Shown: positions 54,379 through 63,725 of the stretch, one piece after another
How the letters are laid out: each line of letters starts with the position of its first letter
Position numbering within the stretch: the stretch's first letter is position 1
Source: a virus
Lineage: Duplodnaviria; Caudoviricetes
IMG/VR virus record: IMGVR_UViG_3300014059_000008
Coordinates: 1-64,000 of that record
Direction: 5' to 3' (one strand)
Length of the DNA stretch: 64,000 bases
The notes under the pieces: generated by a model
Seen by the model: the letters and a program-made list of their open reading frames with translations, nothing else
The model's database searches: none
Told to the model about the DNA's origin: nothing
Position numbers and translations under genes: made by a program

Positions 54379-54788
54379 CGTCCACTCATCCTTTTTAGGA
54401 TTAGATCTAGGCGCTTACGTAGCGCTGTCACTGACTCTACCGTCTCAAACTTCAGGACCACTTCCGGGCCATCGACTATCTCTCGGAGCATGTGCGGGCG
54501 CGCGATGGACTGCAGCCGGATCTCTTGCTGGCCCGTGGTCATCAGCACCCGGCCATCGCCAAAGCACACGGCTGTGACATTGCCTTCGGCCTGGATGCTG
54601 CGCTGGATTGGTAGCTCCCGCTGGCCTACCGGCTGCTGCTTTGGTCGCGCCTTGTCCGCTTTCGCAATGCGCTGCACGCTAGAGCGGCTTACGTCGTACT
54701 GCCTAGCAACTACACCCTGACGCAGCCCAGACCGCGCCCCAAGCGCAATAAGGGCTCTTTTGGCGTATGGGATGCGCTTAGATCGCAC
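54375..54788 (-). CDS. HTH-containing protein
   Basis: QGVVARQYDVSRSSVQRI. Confidence 0.6.
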   Translation of the reverse strand: MRSKRIPYAKRALIALGARSGLRQGVVARQYDVSRSSVQRIAKADKARPKQQPVGQRELPIQRSIQAEGNVTAVCFGDGRVLMTTGQQEIRLQSIARPHMLREIVDGPEVVLKFETVESVTALRKRLDLILKRMSGR

Positions 54789-55161
54789 GCTTTCCAGCTC
54801 TTAGGATGTTGGCGGCTTGGACCACGATGTCATCGCTTATGCCGTCGAATCCATGCGGGAAGTCTCTTATCAGCCGATAGGATTCATCGACCTCCACAGC
54901 GCGCTTGTGGTCATCGAATGGGCCGATGTACGCGTGCAACTTTTGGCCGATCATGTCATAGCCCCGCGTCCGACTCAGCCACGCGCACGGGTAGTGATTC
55001 ACGGCCTTGACTTGAAACTTCACTCCGACGTGGTCTTCTATGATCTTGGCATCCGACCAGGATATTCCATCCCACAGCGCTACTTGGTCGCCGACCTTCA
55101 GAGAGCGCAGCCACGCGCGGCGCTTCTCGGTCACTTTCTTGGTGAGCACAGGTGCCGTCAT
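54778..55161 (-). CDS. Hypothetical protein
   Basis: WLRSLKVGDQV SH3-like start. Confidence 0.55.
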   Translation of the reverse strand: MTAPVLTKKVTEKRRAWLRSLKVGDQVALWDGISWSDAKIIEDHVGVKFQVKAVNHYPCAWLSRTRGYDMIGQKLHAYIGPFDDHKRAVEVDESYRLIRDFPHGFDGISDDIVVQAANILRAGKRAI

Positions 55162-55164
55162 CGT

Positions 55165-56802
55165 CTACCCCTTCGGCTTGTCAGCCGTCAAAATCACCAC
55201 AGGGATCTGCGTCCCCTCAAAAGCCCCGTCGAATCGCTTAGGCCATGCGAGTTGAAAGCCCGGCAGTAAGTCCTTGCCTACCGATGAAACGGGCAACACA
55301 GCTACAATGCGCCCACCTGGGGCCAGTCTTGCAGCTGCAGCTTCCAGGTGAGCACGCCAGCGACCTTCTGAAAACGGCGGGTTCATCACGATCCGATCGT
55401 ACTGGTCCCAGGTCTTCCCTGACCAATCCAGGAAGTCTGCGCAGACCACCGTGTGGCCCTTGACTTCCAGGATCTTGGCGCGGAGTTCTGCCAGCTCCAC
55501 GCATGTGATCTTGCCAGCGCCCACGATGTCGGCCAGCGCTCCGTTGCCAGCGCTCGGCTCTAGCACCTTGTGACCATCCTGGATTCCAGCCAGCTCGACG
55601 ACTGCAGCGGCCACTTCTGGCGGGGTCGGGTAAAACTGGTGGGCCTTCTGGTCCGGGATGCAGCCCGAGTTTATGACTTGGCGGATGGCTGGCAGCGGGT
55701 CATATCCGAAGTTCCACGCATGAAGCGACTTGTCCCAGGTTCCACCCAGGCATTCGAGCACGGTCTGCACTTCATCCATGACCACCTTGGGCGTCGGAGT
55801 GATCGAGGTTCCGCGCTGGACAATGGCGGTCTTTAGAATTTCTGCGAACCTGTCGCCGTACCTGTCGCGCACGGAGTTTTCCACCGGCTTGCGTGCGTAC
55901 TCGTAGCCAGCGAGCACGTCGAGCACTGCAAACGGCAGCGGACGCATGATCTCGTAACTCACTGCCTTGGCTTTGCGCAGCGGCTTCTCTCTGTGCTCAG
56001 CTGGAATCGCATGCGGGTGAAGGCTGGCCAGCACCTGATTGAGTCGCCACGCCATATCGGGATGGACTTCCAAGTGCGCAGTGCCTTTTTTGTACAGGCG
56101 GATCTTGAGCGCGCCGCCATCAACTATGCACCATTCACCCCACTGGTCTTTTAGCTGCGCCATCAGCATGTTTGACGCGGTGTAGCGCGGCTGGTCCCGG
56201 CCCATGAACTTGGCGATGACGCACCGTAAGTCGTTGATGAGTCCAGACTTGCGGTGCTCGGGGCTGGCGTACTCATTGAGCACATGCTCGATGATCATGC
56301 GCTTTGAGAATCCTTCGGGCTTATTGGTCACATGGGACCGCGACAGCCCGTAGAAGATGCCGTCTACCCGCTCGGCCAGAAACGTGGCGCGCGATGCAAA
56401 CAAGTGGCCAAACGTCTCGCGCACCGTCGTCTCGTCGAAAGCGGGGCACTTCATCTTGGCGATCTGCTCTTGCCACTCGTCGCGCCGCTTCTGGGGCATC
56501 ACCGACAGCACGTCGGTTAGATCCATCGCGCGCTTCCAGTAGTCGGCATTCAGCGCAGCTACCGCACCATCACGACGGAACAAACGCTCCACGTCGTCTT
56601 TGCCAAGCCGATTAAAGTCTGACTTGTTGCCGTCAAGGAAGTAGCCAAGCGCCTTGCGCACCTCGGTTGAGGTAAACGCAACCACCGACTCAATGACCGC
56701 AAGTTCGGCGCGGTACTGCGCGACCAGCTCAGCGATCGGGTCGGACTTCTCGATCTCGCCGCTACGAAAGTACTCTTCAGGCTCTAAAAGCGTTGCTTCC
56801 AT
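55165..56802 (-). CDS. DUF4942-domain SAM-dependent DNA amino-methyltransferase
   Basis: LSRSHVTNKPEGFSKRMI, YKKGTAHLEVHPDMAWRLN; QFYPTP, VLEPSAGNG, IVMNPPF. Confidence 0.88.
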   Translation of the reverse strand: MEATLLEPEEYFRSGEIEKSDPIAELVAQYRAELAVIESVVAFTSTEVRKALGYFLDGNKSDFNRLGKDDVERLFRRDGAVAALNADYWKRAMDLTDVLSVMPQKRRDEWQEQIAKMKCPAFDETTVRETFGHLFASRATFLAERVDGIFYGLSRSHVTNKPEGFSKRMIIEHVLNEYASPEHRKSGLINDLRCVIAKFMGRDQPRYTASNMLMAQLKDQWGEWCIVDGGALKIRLYKKGTAHLEVHPDMAWRLNQVLASLHPHAIPAEHREKPLRKAKAVSYEIMRPLPFAVLDVLAGYEYARKPVENSVRDRYGDRFAEILKTAIVQRGTSITPTPKVVMDEVQTVLECLGGTWDKSLHAWNFGYDPLPAIRQVINSGCIPDQKAHQFYPTPPEVAAAVVELAGIQDGHKVLEPSAGNGALADIVGAGKITCVELAELRAKILEVKGHTVVCADFLDWSGKTWDQYDRIVMNPPFSEGRWRAHLEAAAARLAPGGRIVAVLPVSSVGKDLLPGFQLAWPKRFDGAFEGTQIPVVILTADKPKG

Positions 56803-56861
56803 GCGGCAACACTTGCACGTGGCACTGACACAATCAACTATATTTCGTTATTGATACGGCG

Positions 56862-56956
56862 AAAAAGTGGCGCGCACCGTATGCCAGGCTGGCAGTTGTC
56901 AAGGATTCCTTTACAGCTCAATCTCGACGCATGCCCCGGCACCAAGTGCGCGCCAC
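56862..56956 (-). terminator. Large-loop hairpin followed by T run
   Basis: GTGGCGCGCAC/GTGCGCGCCAC plus TGCCGGG/CCTGGCA stems, then TTTTT. Confidence 0.45.
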
Positions 56957-56973
56957 CCTGCTACCAGCTGCGT

Positions 56974-57330
56974 TTAGCCTTGGACAAAGACCTGCACGCT
57001 AACGTCCGTGGTCCCCTCAGCGATGGCATAGCCAAGGATGGCATCGCCCGAGCCAGCGGCCCGCAGCGCGCCCGTGCCATTGCTGGTGAGGTTGGCACCA
57101 AGAGAGCAAGCGCCCTGCAGAGATAGCAGGTGAGGCTCGCCACCCAGCCAGTCACAAGGGACTGCGGTGTTTTCGTCCACCGTGCCGGTGCAGATCCCGT
57201 GGGCCTTTTCGCCAGATGCCGGAAGACGGATCTCGTACTCACCTGGGGCGCGGCTCTCACCGGTAAGCGTAAATAGCTGGTCATAAACCAGCGTCTCACC
57301 AGTGCGCGCATAGACATTCGTTAGGGACAT
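56974..57330 (-). CDS. DUF2190/capsid-cement-like small structural protein
   Basis: AHGICTG..., LGANLTSNGTGALRAAGSGDAILGYAI; GAGGAG RBS. Confidence 0.6.
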   Translation of the reverse strand: MSLTNVYARTGETLVYDQLFTLTGESRAPGEYEIRLPASGEKAHGICTGTVDENTAVPCDWLGGEPHLLSLQGACSLGANLTSNGTGALRAAGSGDAILGYAIAEGTTDVSVQVFVQG

Positions 57331-57340
57331 GATCACTCCT

Positions 57341-58366
57341 CTACCAACAGACTATTTCTATATGGCCGGACGCACCATTGCCCCCGGCTCCCGAGTTAAA
57401 ACCAAGCGGCGCTCCACCGCCACCGCCACCGCCAGCACCGTAGTTTCCGCCGTTTCCGCCGCGCCCGCCAGCTGCGCCAGATCCACCAGCGCCACCGCCA
57501 CCGCCACCCGTTCCGGGCATAGCTGCACCGGTAGCAGCTCCATTTCCACCTGGAGAGCCAGCTACGCCAGCCGCTCCGCCAGCGCCAGAGGTTCCGCCGG
57601 AAAGGCTGATGGCAGATACCGTCCCGCCTACACCACCGTTTCCGCCTACGACGGTTGTAGATCCGCCACCTCCACCACCGCCACCTGGGGCTGAAAGGGC
57701 AAAGCTGGAAAATGTACCCGCACCGGTTCCGCCGGACCCGCCAGACACTCCGACAAACTGAGCCGTCCCAGCTCCTCCACCGGCTGAAGTAGTTGTGCCG
57801 CCGCCGTTTCCGCCAGCGCCACCTCCGGCCCTCACATAGACGCCAAAAGTCGATGCACCGCCAGCACCGCCAGCTGTTCCGTTCGTGCTGTCTACGGTAA
57901 TGGCTGGCCCACCAGTACCAGCTGCGCCTACGGAATAGGCCACGCTTGCCCCGAGCACCGTAGTTGGGATGCTGTTTTTTATCGTAAATCCACCCGGACC
58001 ACCGCCACCGCCACCGGATGCGGTAGCGCCCCGCCGCCCCGACCCGCCACCGCCACCACCTCCGGTAGCCGACACATCGCAGATCGTCACGCCAGACGGC
58101 ACGGTAAAGTTTCCGCTGCCGCTTGTCAGTAGTGTGTAGGACTTGGGCTGCAGCGGATGCCGGTGGTCTTCCCGCGCAGCTGCAGCGCTGACACCAGCCG
58201 TAGCCGTTCCAGGAGCCAGTGGAAGCGCAGACCCTACCGCAGCAGGTTGCGATGCGCAAACAGCCGCAGAAGCGTAGCCAGACACGCGGCAGAGCACACT
58301 TTCAGCAGCGGCTGCAGGAATCGCTAGTGCTGCTAGTAACGCGAGAGAACCTAGAATCTTTTTCAC
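57341..58366 (-). CDS. Glycine-rich fibre-like protein with signal-peptide-like N-terminus
   Basis: AGVSAAAAREDHRHP, SGNFTVPSGVT...GGGGGG, ends GGNGASGHIEIVCW. Confidence 0.75.
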   Translation of the reverse strand: MKKILGSLALLAALAIPAAAAESVLCRVSGYASAAVCASQPAAVGSALPLAPGTATAGVSAAAAREDHRHPLQPKSYTLLTSGSGNFTVPSGVTICDVSATGGGGGGGSGRRGATASGGGGGGPGGFTIKNSIPTTVLGASVAYSVGAAGTGGPAITVDSTNGTAGGAGGASTFGVYVRAGGGAGGNGGGTTTSAGGGAGTAQFVGVSGGSGGTGAGTFSSFALSAPGGGGGGGGSTTVVGGNGGVGGTVSAISLSGGTSGAGGAAGVAGSPGGNGAATGAAMPGTGGGGGGAGGSGAAGGRGGNGGNYGAGGGGGGGAPLGFNSGAGGNGASGHIEIVCW

Positions 58367-59619
58367 GCCATAATCTCCTCTCCGATTTGCAGATAGATTG
58401 CTTCACCGTCGCACTGCCCGACACGCTGCGTGTACCGTCCCGACGGAATGCTGCTAAATGGCACCGGCATCCCGGCATCATCTCGATACAGCGTCCGATC
58501 GGGGAATCCGCTCACGGGAACGCGGCCACTTCCCCACACAAGCGCCAGCCGGTTTGCCGTTGGCTGCGCTGGGGATACGATGCCCACCATGATCGAGGTT
58601 TCCAAGGTGTTGCCAAGGCATCTGCGGACCAAGATCGGGCTGCGCATGTACGCGCATTGGCCCTCGACAAAAGTGTCATCGGTGCGAACTAGCCACGGCC
58701 CGTTTTGCTGACTTTCTGGCTCTCCTCCTGCAATGTCACCATCGCTGGTAGCAAAAGAGACAGCCGATGCTTGATCAAAAAATACGCGCTCCGTTCCGGC
58801 ACCGTTGGTCATGGTGATCGTGGTTAGCGCGAAATGGAAGCTGCAGCCGTACATCTCAGCGCGAAGTCCGCCTAGCTTTAGCGAGTCGGGGAATATGCAC
58901 CGCGTAGCCTTGACAAGCTCTGTTGTGATCGTCTGCCCAAACTCCGAGTCAGTCGCTGTCAGGTAGTTGCTTTGGATTTCCTTGGTCACATACACCCGGT
59001 CAAAGACCAGCCGCAGGTCACAGCCGCCGCCATTGGCCACTCCCTCTACGATGTCGCAGTCCTCAAGCCTCACCTCGTACTGGTCCGTGCTGCTGCCTGG
59101 GGCGTTTGTGTCTATGGACTGGATCGTGAGCCCTCTACCGCGCAGCTTGGATTCTTGAGAGCCGTCTGCAGTTAGACGCAGCTGGCCAAGGATGGCCCCG
59201 GCTTCAGCGATGATCGATATGGTTTTTGCAGCTGGAAGATCGCCGCCTCCATACGACCATGGGGAGATATGAATCTCGGCAACAGGCTCACCTCTGCCTG
59301 CGAGGTAGGCCAGGGCATCTGGAAGATCTGAGAATGGAGCGTCAATTGAACCATATTGAACCGTCGATGGCTCGCACTGCCCAACGTAGATTTTCGTCGG
59401 CAGAACTTTGGGCTGCACAGCCATGGCACCGCCGCCATCATTGCCGTAGTATGTTCCGGCTGGCAGCGATGGAAGCACCGGTATCGGAAACGCTCCAATC
59501 TCCCCCGCGCTGTCGGTGCCGATGTATGAGTCTGGATTTGTAAGCTGTTCACTGGGTGTTGACTTGGTGCCATCCCAGAGGAGGAGTGATCGGTAGCTCA
59601 TGGCCCAGTAGGGTGCCAC
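58363..59619 (-). CDS. Putative virion fibre/spike protein
   Basis: IYV...GSIDAPFSDLPDAL, beta-helix-like middle, DUF2190-like C-terminus. Confidence 0.55.
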   Translation of the reverse strand: MAPYWAMSYRSLLLWDGTKSTPSEQLTNPDSYIGTDSAGEIGAFPIPVLPSLPAGTYYGNDGGGAMAVQPKVLPTKIYVGQCEPSTVQYGSIDAPFSDLPDALAYLAGRGEPVAEIHISPWSYGGGDLPAAKTISIIAEAGAILGQLRLTADGSQESKLRGRGLTIQSIDTNAPGSSTDQYEVRLEDCDIVEGVANGGGCDLRLVFDRVYVTKEIQSNYLTATDSEFGQTITTELVKATRCIFPDSLKLGGLRAEMYGCSFHFALTTITMTNGAGTERVFFDQASAVSFATSDGDIAGGEPESQQNGPWLVRTDDTFVEGQCAYMRSPILVRRCLGNTLETSIMVGIVSPAQPTANRLALVWGSGRVPVSGFPDRTLYRDDAGMPVPFSSIPSGRYTQRVGQCDGEAIYLQIGEEIMA

Positions 59620-59644
59620 AAGCTGCGGACCATTGGAAGGTTGG

Positions 59645-59902
59645 TTACTGGCGACGAGAGAAGTGGTGCCCCAGCTTGGTTAGCTTGATCTCATACTCGG
59701 CTCGCAAACTGGCCATGACCTGCATGCGCGTCACCCGAGAGGACTTCGGCATCTTAAAGCGCATGATACCGGCATCGAGCTTGGACCTGATCGCAGCCGT
59801 CAGCGAGATCACTTCCTGGTCGCGGTTTGCTTCCAGGTGCGCACGCAGGATCTTGTCTACTTGGTTGCGCGTGAGCCCAACGTCAAAATAGATGGCCTTC
59901 AC
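59645..59902 (-). CDS. Small basic hypothetical protein
   Basis: ORF; start uncertain. Confidence 0.45.
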   Translation of the reverse strand: MKAIYFDVGLTRNQVDKILRAHLEANRDQEVISLTAAIRSKLDAGIMRFKMPKSSRVTRMQVMASLRAEYEIKLTKLGHHFSRRQ

Positions 59903-59958
59903 CTATACGCCAGACTCATACATCCTGATGACTTGCTCGGCTTGCTCTGGGGTGGCCT

Positions 59959-60600
59959 TCATTTCGAGCCCACCTTGTCTGTGGCGATCACCCACACGTA
60001 GGGGTTTACATCCCATGCGTCTGGCCCATAAAGCGCCGTCCATAGCAGCTGGAAAAGATACCGGGGGCGGTCCGTGCGATGCATTATGCGGGTCTTAAAA
60101 AACTCTTTGACTCCTTCGGCTAGCGCATCCTCATCTGTGATGTCTTGCAAGCGCTGCACTTTGATGCTGGAAATGGTGAGCACTGTCTGGCAATACTTGC
60201 GCGGCATGTGGATGCTGGGCGTGCAGCGGGCGATACAGTTCCTTGACGACGGAAGGTAGAAGACATCGGCCAGATTGCTTTCCCATGCTGCGCTCATATC
60301 AGCCGGCCACACGATGCGGTTGCCTTCGTCGTACTCATCGACTGCGTACGTCTCACGCAGCCACAGCCTGTGACCGACCTTGCCATATGGGCAACCGGTG
60401 CCGCGACCGTCTGCGAAGAACGCTTGCGCCTTCGGGATGCTGTCGTTCTCCTTGACGCATGCGAACTTTAGCCCGTGCGGATTCCAGCCCTTAGCCGTCA
60501 GGATGCGCCGAGTCTGCGTCTTCTCTCCGCTTCGGTATGCGCGGGCCATTGGTGCTGCGACCAGCAATGGGTGCTCGGTCTTGTCAGTGCGGGGATTCAT
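59959..60600 (-). CDS. ASCH/PUA-like phage protein
   Basis: GEKTQTRR, CPYGKVGHRLWLRET, PSIHMPR, RLQDITDEDALAEG, NPYVWVI. Confidence 0.8.
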   Translation of the reverse strand: MNPRTDKTEHPLLVAAPMARAYRSGEKTQTRRILTAKGWNPHGLKFACVKENDSIPKAQAFFADGRGTGCPYGKVGHRLWLRETYAVDEYDEGNRIVWPADMSAAWESNLADVFYLPSSRNCIARCTPSIHMPRKYCQTVLTISSIKVQRLQDITDEDALAEGVKEFFKTRIMHRTDRPRYLFQLLWTALYGPDAWDVNPYVWVIATDKVGSK

Positions 60601-60833
60601 TAGTGCGCTCCCAGCTGTGGAAGTTGGTCGCACTTGGTCACTGGCGTGTACGTTCCCCATATGCGAGGCACCACCACAAACCGCGCCATGGTGCCGCACC
60701 GGTAGGAAAACGCCGCCATCATGTCCGGTACGCACATCAGGCAGAAGATGATCGTCAGTGCTAGACCGATGCGTTCTGCGGTCTTTCCTACGAACCACTC
60801 GCCGATCCAGTCGTACTTTAATCGCTTTGCCAT
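60600..60833 (-). CDS. Small membrane protein
   Basis: One hydrophobic helix; GGCAGGAGT RBS. Confidence 0.55.
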   Translation of the reverse strand: MAKRLKYDWIGEWFVGKTAERIGLALTIIFCLMCVPDMMAAFSYRCGTMARFVVVPRIWGTYTPVTKCDQLPQLGAH

Positions 60834-60836
60834 TGG

Positions 60837-61103
60837 TCACTCCTGCCCTTTGCTTACAGCTGCCTGGAACTCCCACTTTCCGTTCTTTAGCTCTACGTCC
60901 CATCCCGCAGATCGACACTCTTGAATGACGACCAAAATATTTTCGTCATCGGCTGCGATTAACGGTCCTTGCCCATACGTATAATATCTGACTACATCAG
61001 GAATGCTGCGCTCTCCTCTGCGCAACTGCAGAGTGAAGTATGTTCGTATCGCGTCGAGCTGGTCTTTTTTGAAATCGCTCTCAGCTTCTCTTGGTGTAAG
61101 CAT
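60837..61103 (-). CDS. Hypothetical protein (similar in style to 61459..61683)
   Basis: MLTP...CRSAGWDV; GGCAGGAGT RBS. Confidence 0.6.
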   Translation of the reverse strand: MLTPREAESDFKKDQLDAIRTYFTLQLRRGERSIPDVVRYYTYGQGPLIAADDENILVVIQECRSAGWDVELKNGKWEFQAAVSKGQE

Positions 61104-61128
61104 GGGTCACTCCTGCCTTGGTGAACAT

Positions 61129-61434
61129 CTAGCTAGCCTCTGAAAACGAGCGCAAATATGACAGCTCATCGTACAGAACACGCCTTTTCGCATCGTTCAA
61201 TTTATCTGCAAATTTCATAGCCATCCACATAGAGGCCGTGGGTATTAGTCCGTCTGTGCTTTCAACATCATGCCGTCGGATCAGGATGTCTTTGCGGCCA
61301 CTGCGCAACACGCGCCCAACTATCCGCTCCTTGCTTTCAATTGTCAGCCGATGGCATGGACTCATGACGCGCACTGCATTGGTTACTCGCGGCATCAGAT
61401 TCCACTGGATTAGATTCAGAGTCTTTCTACTCAT
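61129..61434 (-). CDS. Hypothetical protein
   Basis: AGGA RBS. Confidence 0.5.
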   Translation of the reverse strand: MSRKTLNLIQWNLMPRVTNAVRVMSPCHRLTIESKERIVGRVLRSGRKDILIRRHDVESTDGLIPTASMWMAMKFADKLNDAKRRVLYDELSYLRSFSEAS

Positions 61435-61458
61435 GGCGCTTTCCTTCCTGGGTGATTG

Positions 61459-61683
61459 CTACCTGCTAAACCGCCACGGTCCGTTACCGGTGATCTTCCA
61501 TCCGACTGCGCGGTATCGCTCAAGTATTGCGTTGATGTTCTCTGGGCTCCACGCGCTGCGCACCTTGTTCACCAGGAAGACGCCTTTCGACAAGTGGCTG
61601 TCGAAATGCTCCTCGATGATGCGTTGCTCTGCGGTGTTCTTCACTGTTGCGTTCAATCCTGGTGCTTGGTCTGGGGTAATCAT
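61459..61683 (-). CDS. Hypothetical protein
   Basis: MITP...YRAVGWKI; GGAG RBS. Confidence 0.55.
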   Translation of the reverse strand: MITPDQAPGLNATVKNTAEQRIIEEHFDSHLSKGVFLVNKVRSAWSPENINAILERYRAVGWKITGNGPWRFSR

Positions 61684-61691
61684 GGGGCTCC

Positions 61692-61937
61692 CTATTTCAA
61701 TGGTCCTGTGGGTATTGTCGCGCCCTTGGGCATAAACTGCTCATCTGGCTCGAACCCGTACCGGATGCAGATCGCTGATGAGTATCCGCTTCCGTTGCTT
61801 GTCGCGTCAGCCACGCGCTTCCATAGCGGGTAGATGTAGCGCGACCGACCCGTGCGCCTTAGGCTGTGAATCATGCGCCGGATTATCTCAGTCTCGGATG
61901 GCAACTTAGATACGATGTCTTTGTAGGTTTCACACAA
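61692..61937 (-). CDS. Small phage protein
   Basis: PLWKRVADATSNGSGYSSAICIRYGFEPD. Confidence 0.55.
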   Translation of the reverse strand: MCETYKDIVSKLPSETEIIRRMIHSLRRTGRSRYIYPLWKRVADATSNGSGYSSAICIRYGFEPDEQFMPKGATIPTGPLK

Positions 61938-63042
61938 AGTGATGCCTCACCGGGGTTGATGACTTACATGGGCCATAAAAAGGCGAACTACTCAGTGCTC
62001 TCGTATCTGAGCGATGGCACAAATGATTTGCGCACTCCAAAATGCGACCGTATTGCCGAAGCGAAAAGCCGCACTCATGGCATGTCATGCAAAGCGGCAC
62101 CGCTGCGGATGAAACGGGCGCATCTGGCACCTCTGCAGCCTTCTTATCTGCCAGAACCTTGTCTAGCTCCTGCCACGTCATCCCGTGCGGCTTCAGTGGC
62201 TGGGGGCAGTCTTCGTACTGCCAGCGGTTATCTCCGTTATCGCCAGCACGCCGCCAGACTACAGGCTTCTGCGTTAGGTGCTTGAAACAGATTGATGTGT
62301 CTCCAGTGGGCGCGTCCCACCATTGGACATAGGCGATCATTTCTGGCGTCGGTACTACGTTGCGAAACTCTAGCTTGGCGTCCTTTGCATCGTTGGCTGG
62401 GTCTGGCTCGCCAACATCCAGAACCGGCGGCAGCACATGATCGGCCACCTCCTTGACCACCGGCTTAGTGTCCTCCTCTTCCCAGGCATCAAGTGTAATT
62501 CGCAAGCTGTCGCGCTCCTGGGACACCGTGGCTAAAGCAGAGCGAACATCTACCAGCTCGCCTTTGAGCTTGTTACGTTCTGAGCCTAGTCGCTCGATGA
62601 ATCCTGCAATGTCATCGCTTTCATCGGCTCCATATTCCAAAATGATCTCAAGCAATCGATCCAGCTTGTCTGCAGCCAGCCGATAGAACGCAACTTGCTT
62701 TTCAGCATCAGCAATACCGCGTTCATTCTTTTGCGCTTCGTCGGCAAGTTGCTGTTTAAGATATTCCCGCTCAGCCGTGACAGACTTATTGCTCGCCCGC
62801 ATGTCCGTCAGCTCAGCACGCAAGTTGCGGACTTCCAGCTTCAGGTCTGCGTTTGATTCAAGTGTGTTCTTCACTCGGCGCGTCACTTCGCGCTCGACGT
62901 TGCGCTTTAACTCGTCGAGCTGGAGCTGTAGCAGCTGTAGCTTGTCCAGTATGGAGGTCTGCTCTGGCACTGTGACGGACACGCACTTGCAGCCTGAGTT
63001 ATCGTCGCCACATTTGTTGCATATGTTATTGATCATCGTCAT
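61930..63042 (-). CDS. Coiled-coil protein with terminal Cys clusters
   Basis: CNKC..CKC N-terminus, long heptad region, CHECG...C C-terminus. Confidence 0.6.
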   Translation of the reverse strand: MTMINNICNKCGDDNSGCKCVSVTVPEQTSILDKLQLLQLQLDELKRNVEREVTRRVKNTLESNADLKLEVRNLRAELTDMRASNKSVTAEREYLKQQLADEAQKNERGIADAEKQVAFYRLAADKLDRLLEIILEYGADESDDIAGFIERLGSERNKLKGELVDVRSALATVSQERDSLRITLDAWEEEDTKPVVKEVADHVLPPVLDVGEPDPANDAKDAKLEFRNVVPTPEMIAYVQWWDAPTGDTSICFKHLTQKPVVWRRAGDNGDNRWQYEDCPQPLKPHGMTWQELDKVLADKKAAEVPDAPVSSAAVPLCMTCHECGFSLRQYGRILECANHLCHRSDTRALSSSPFYGPCKSSTPVRHHFV

Positions 63043-63274
63043 TTCCTTCCTCGGTAGAGTCCACAAACACAATCCGTCGGTCGGATAGTTGTCTCACCCC
63101 GTCGGATGTGACCTGGAACATAGGCTTCAACACCATCGGAATGCGCACGGTCTTGTTTGGCTCAAACACACCATCTTCTATCTCATCGGCTACCAGGATG
63201 TTGTCCAGGCTCATGGATCGCAAGTCTTCAGGCGTTGCATCAGCAAGTATCCGCCCTTCTTCACTTTGCCCCAT
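63026..63274 (-). CDS. Small acidic protein
   Basis: Overlap-coupled ORF. Confidence 0.5.
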   Translation of the reverse strand: MGQSEEGRILADATPEDLRSMSLDNILVADEIEDGVFEPNKTVRIPMVLKPMFQVTSDGVRQLSDRRIVFVDSTEEGNDDDQ

Positions 63275-63725
63275 CGTCAGCCCCTTGCTTCATGATGTCG
63301 GCACGTGCTCGGTCTAGCGGCGCGGGCTCCGTGGTTGGGTAGGTCAGTACTTTGTATCCATTGGCTGCTGCATACTTCTCAGCAGCCCTGATGTATGCAG
63401 CACCGCCATGCTGCAGCCAGCGCAGCGCTACGGGAGTTTGCACATCTTCCAGCGTATGCAGCTCTCCAAGGTCGATGCGTCCATGCTTCACGATCTTCTG
63501 CGTTGTCTCGGTTCTTGCCATCACGATCGTGACATACGGGTCACGGCCAGCTAACAGCGCGTCGCGCTCAGCCTGGATCTCTGCGATGCGCTGTGCTGCC
63601 ATATCGGAGGTCATCAGGTAGCAGCGCCGATTGATGTTGGTTTCCTCTGTGTCTAGTGCTGCCACTTTGAGGCTTACTTGCTGTGGGCTCATGGCTGTAA
63701 CCTCGCTGCCTCTTTTCCGTGCCAT
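63261..63725 (-). CDS. Hypothetical protein
   Basis: ORF in gene-dense strand. Confidence 0.55.
   Translation of the reverse strand: MARKRGSEVTAMSPQQVSLKVAALDTEETNINRRCYLMTSDMAAQRIAEIQAERDALLAGRDPYVTIVMARTETTQKIVKHGRIDLGELHTLEDVQTPVALRWLQHGGAAYIRAAEKYAAANGYKVLTYPTTEPAPLDRARADIMKQGADDGAK

Noticed and set aside
57396-58259. Arg/Trp-rich 287-aa ORF
   Set aside because: Alternative frame of the Gly-rich gene
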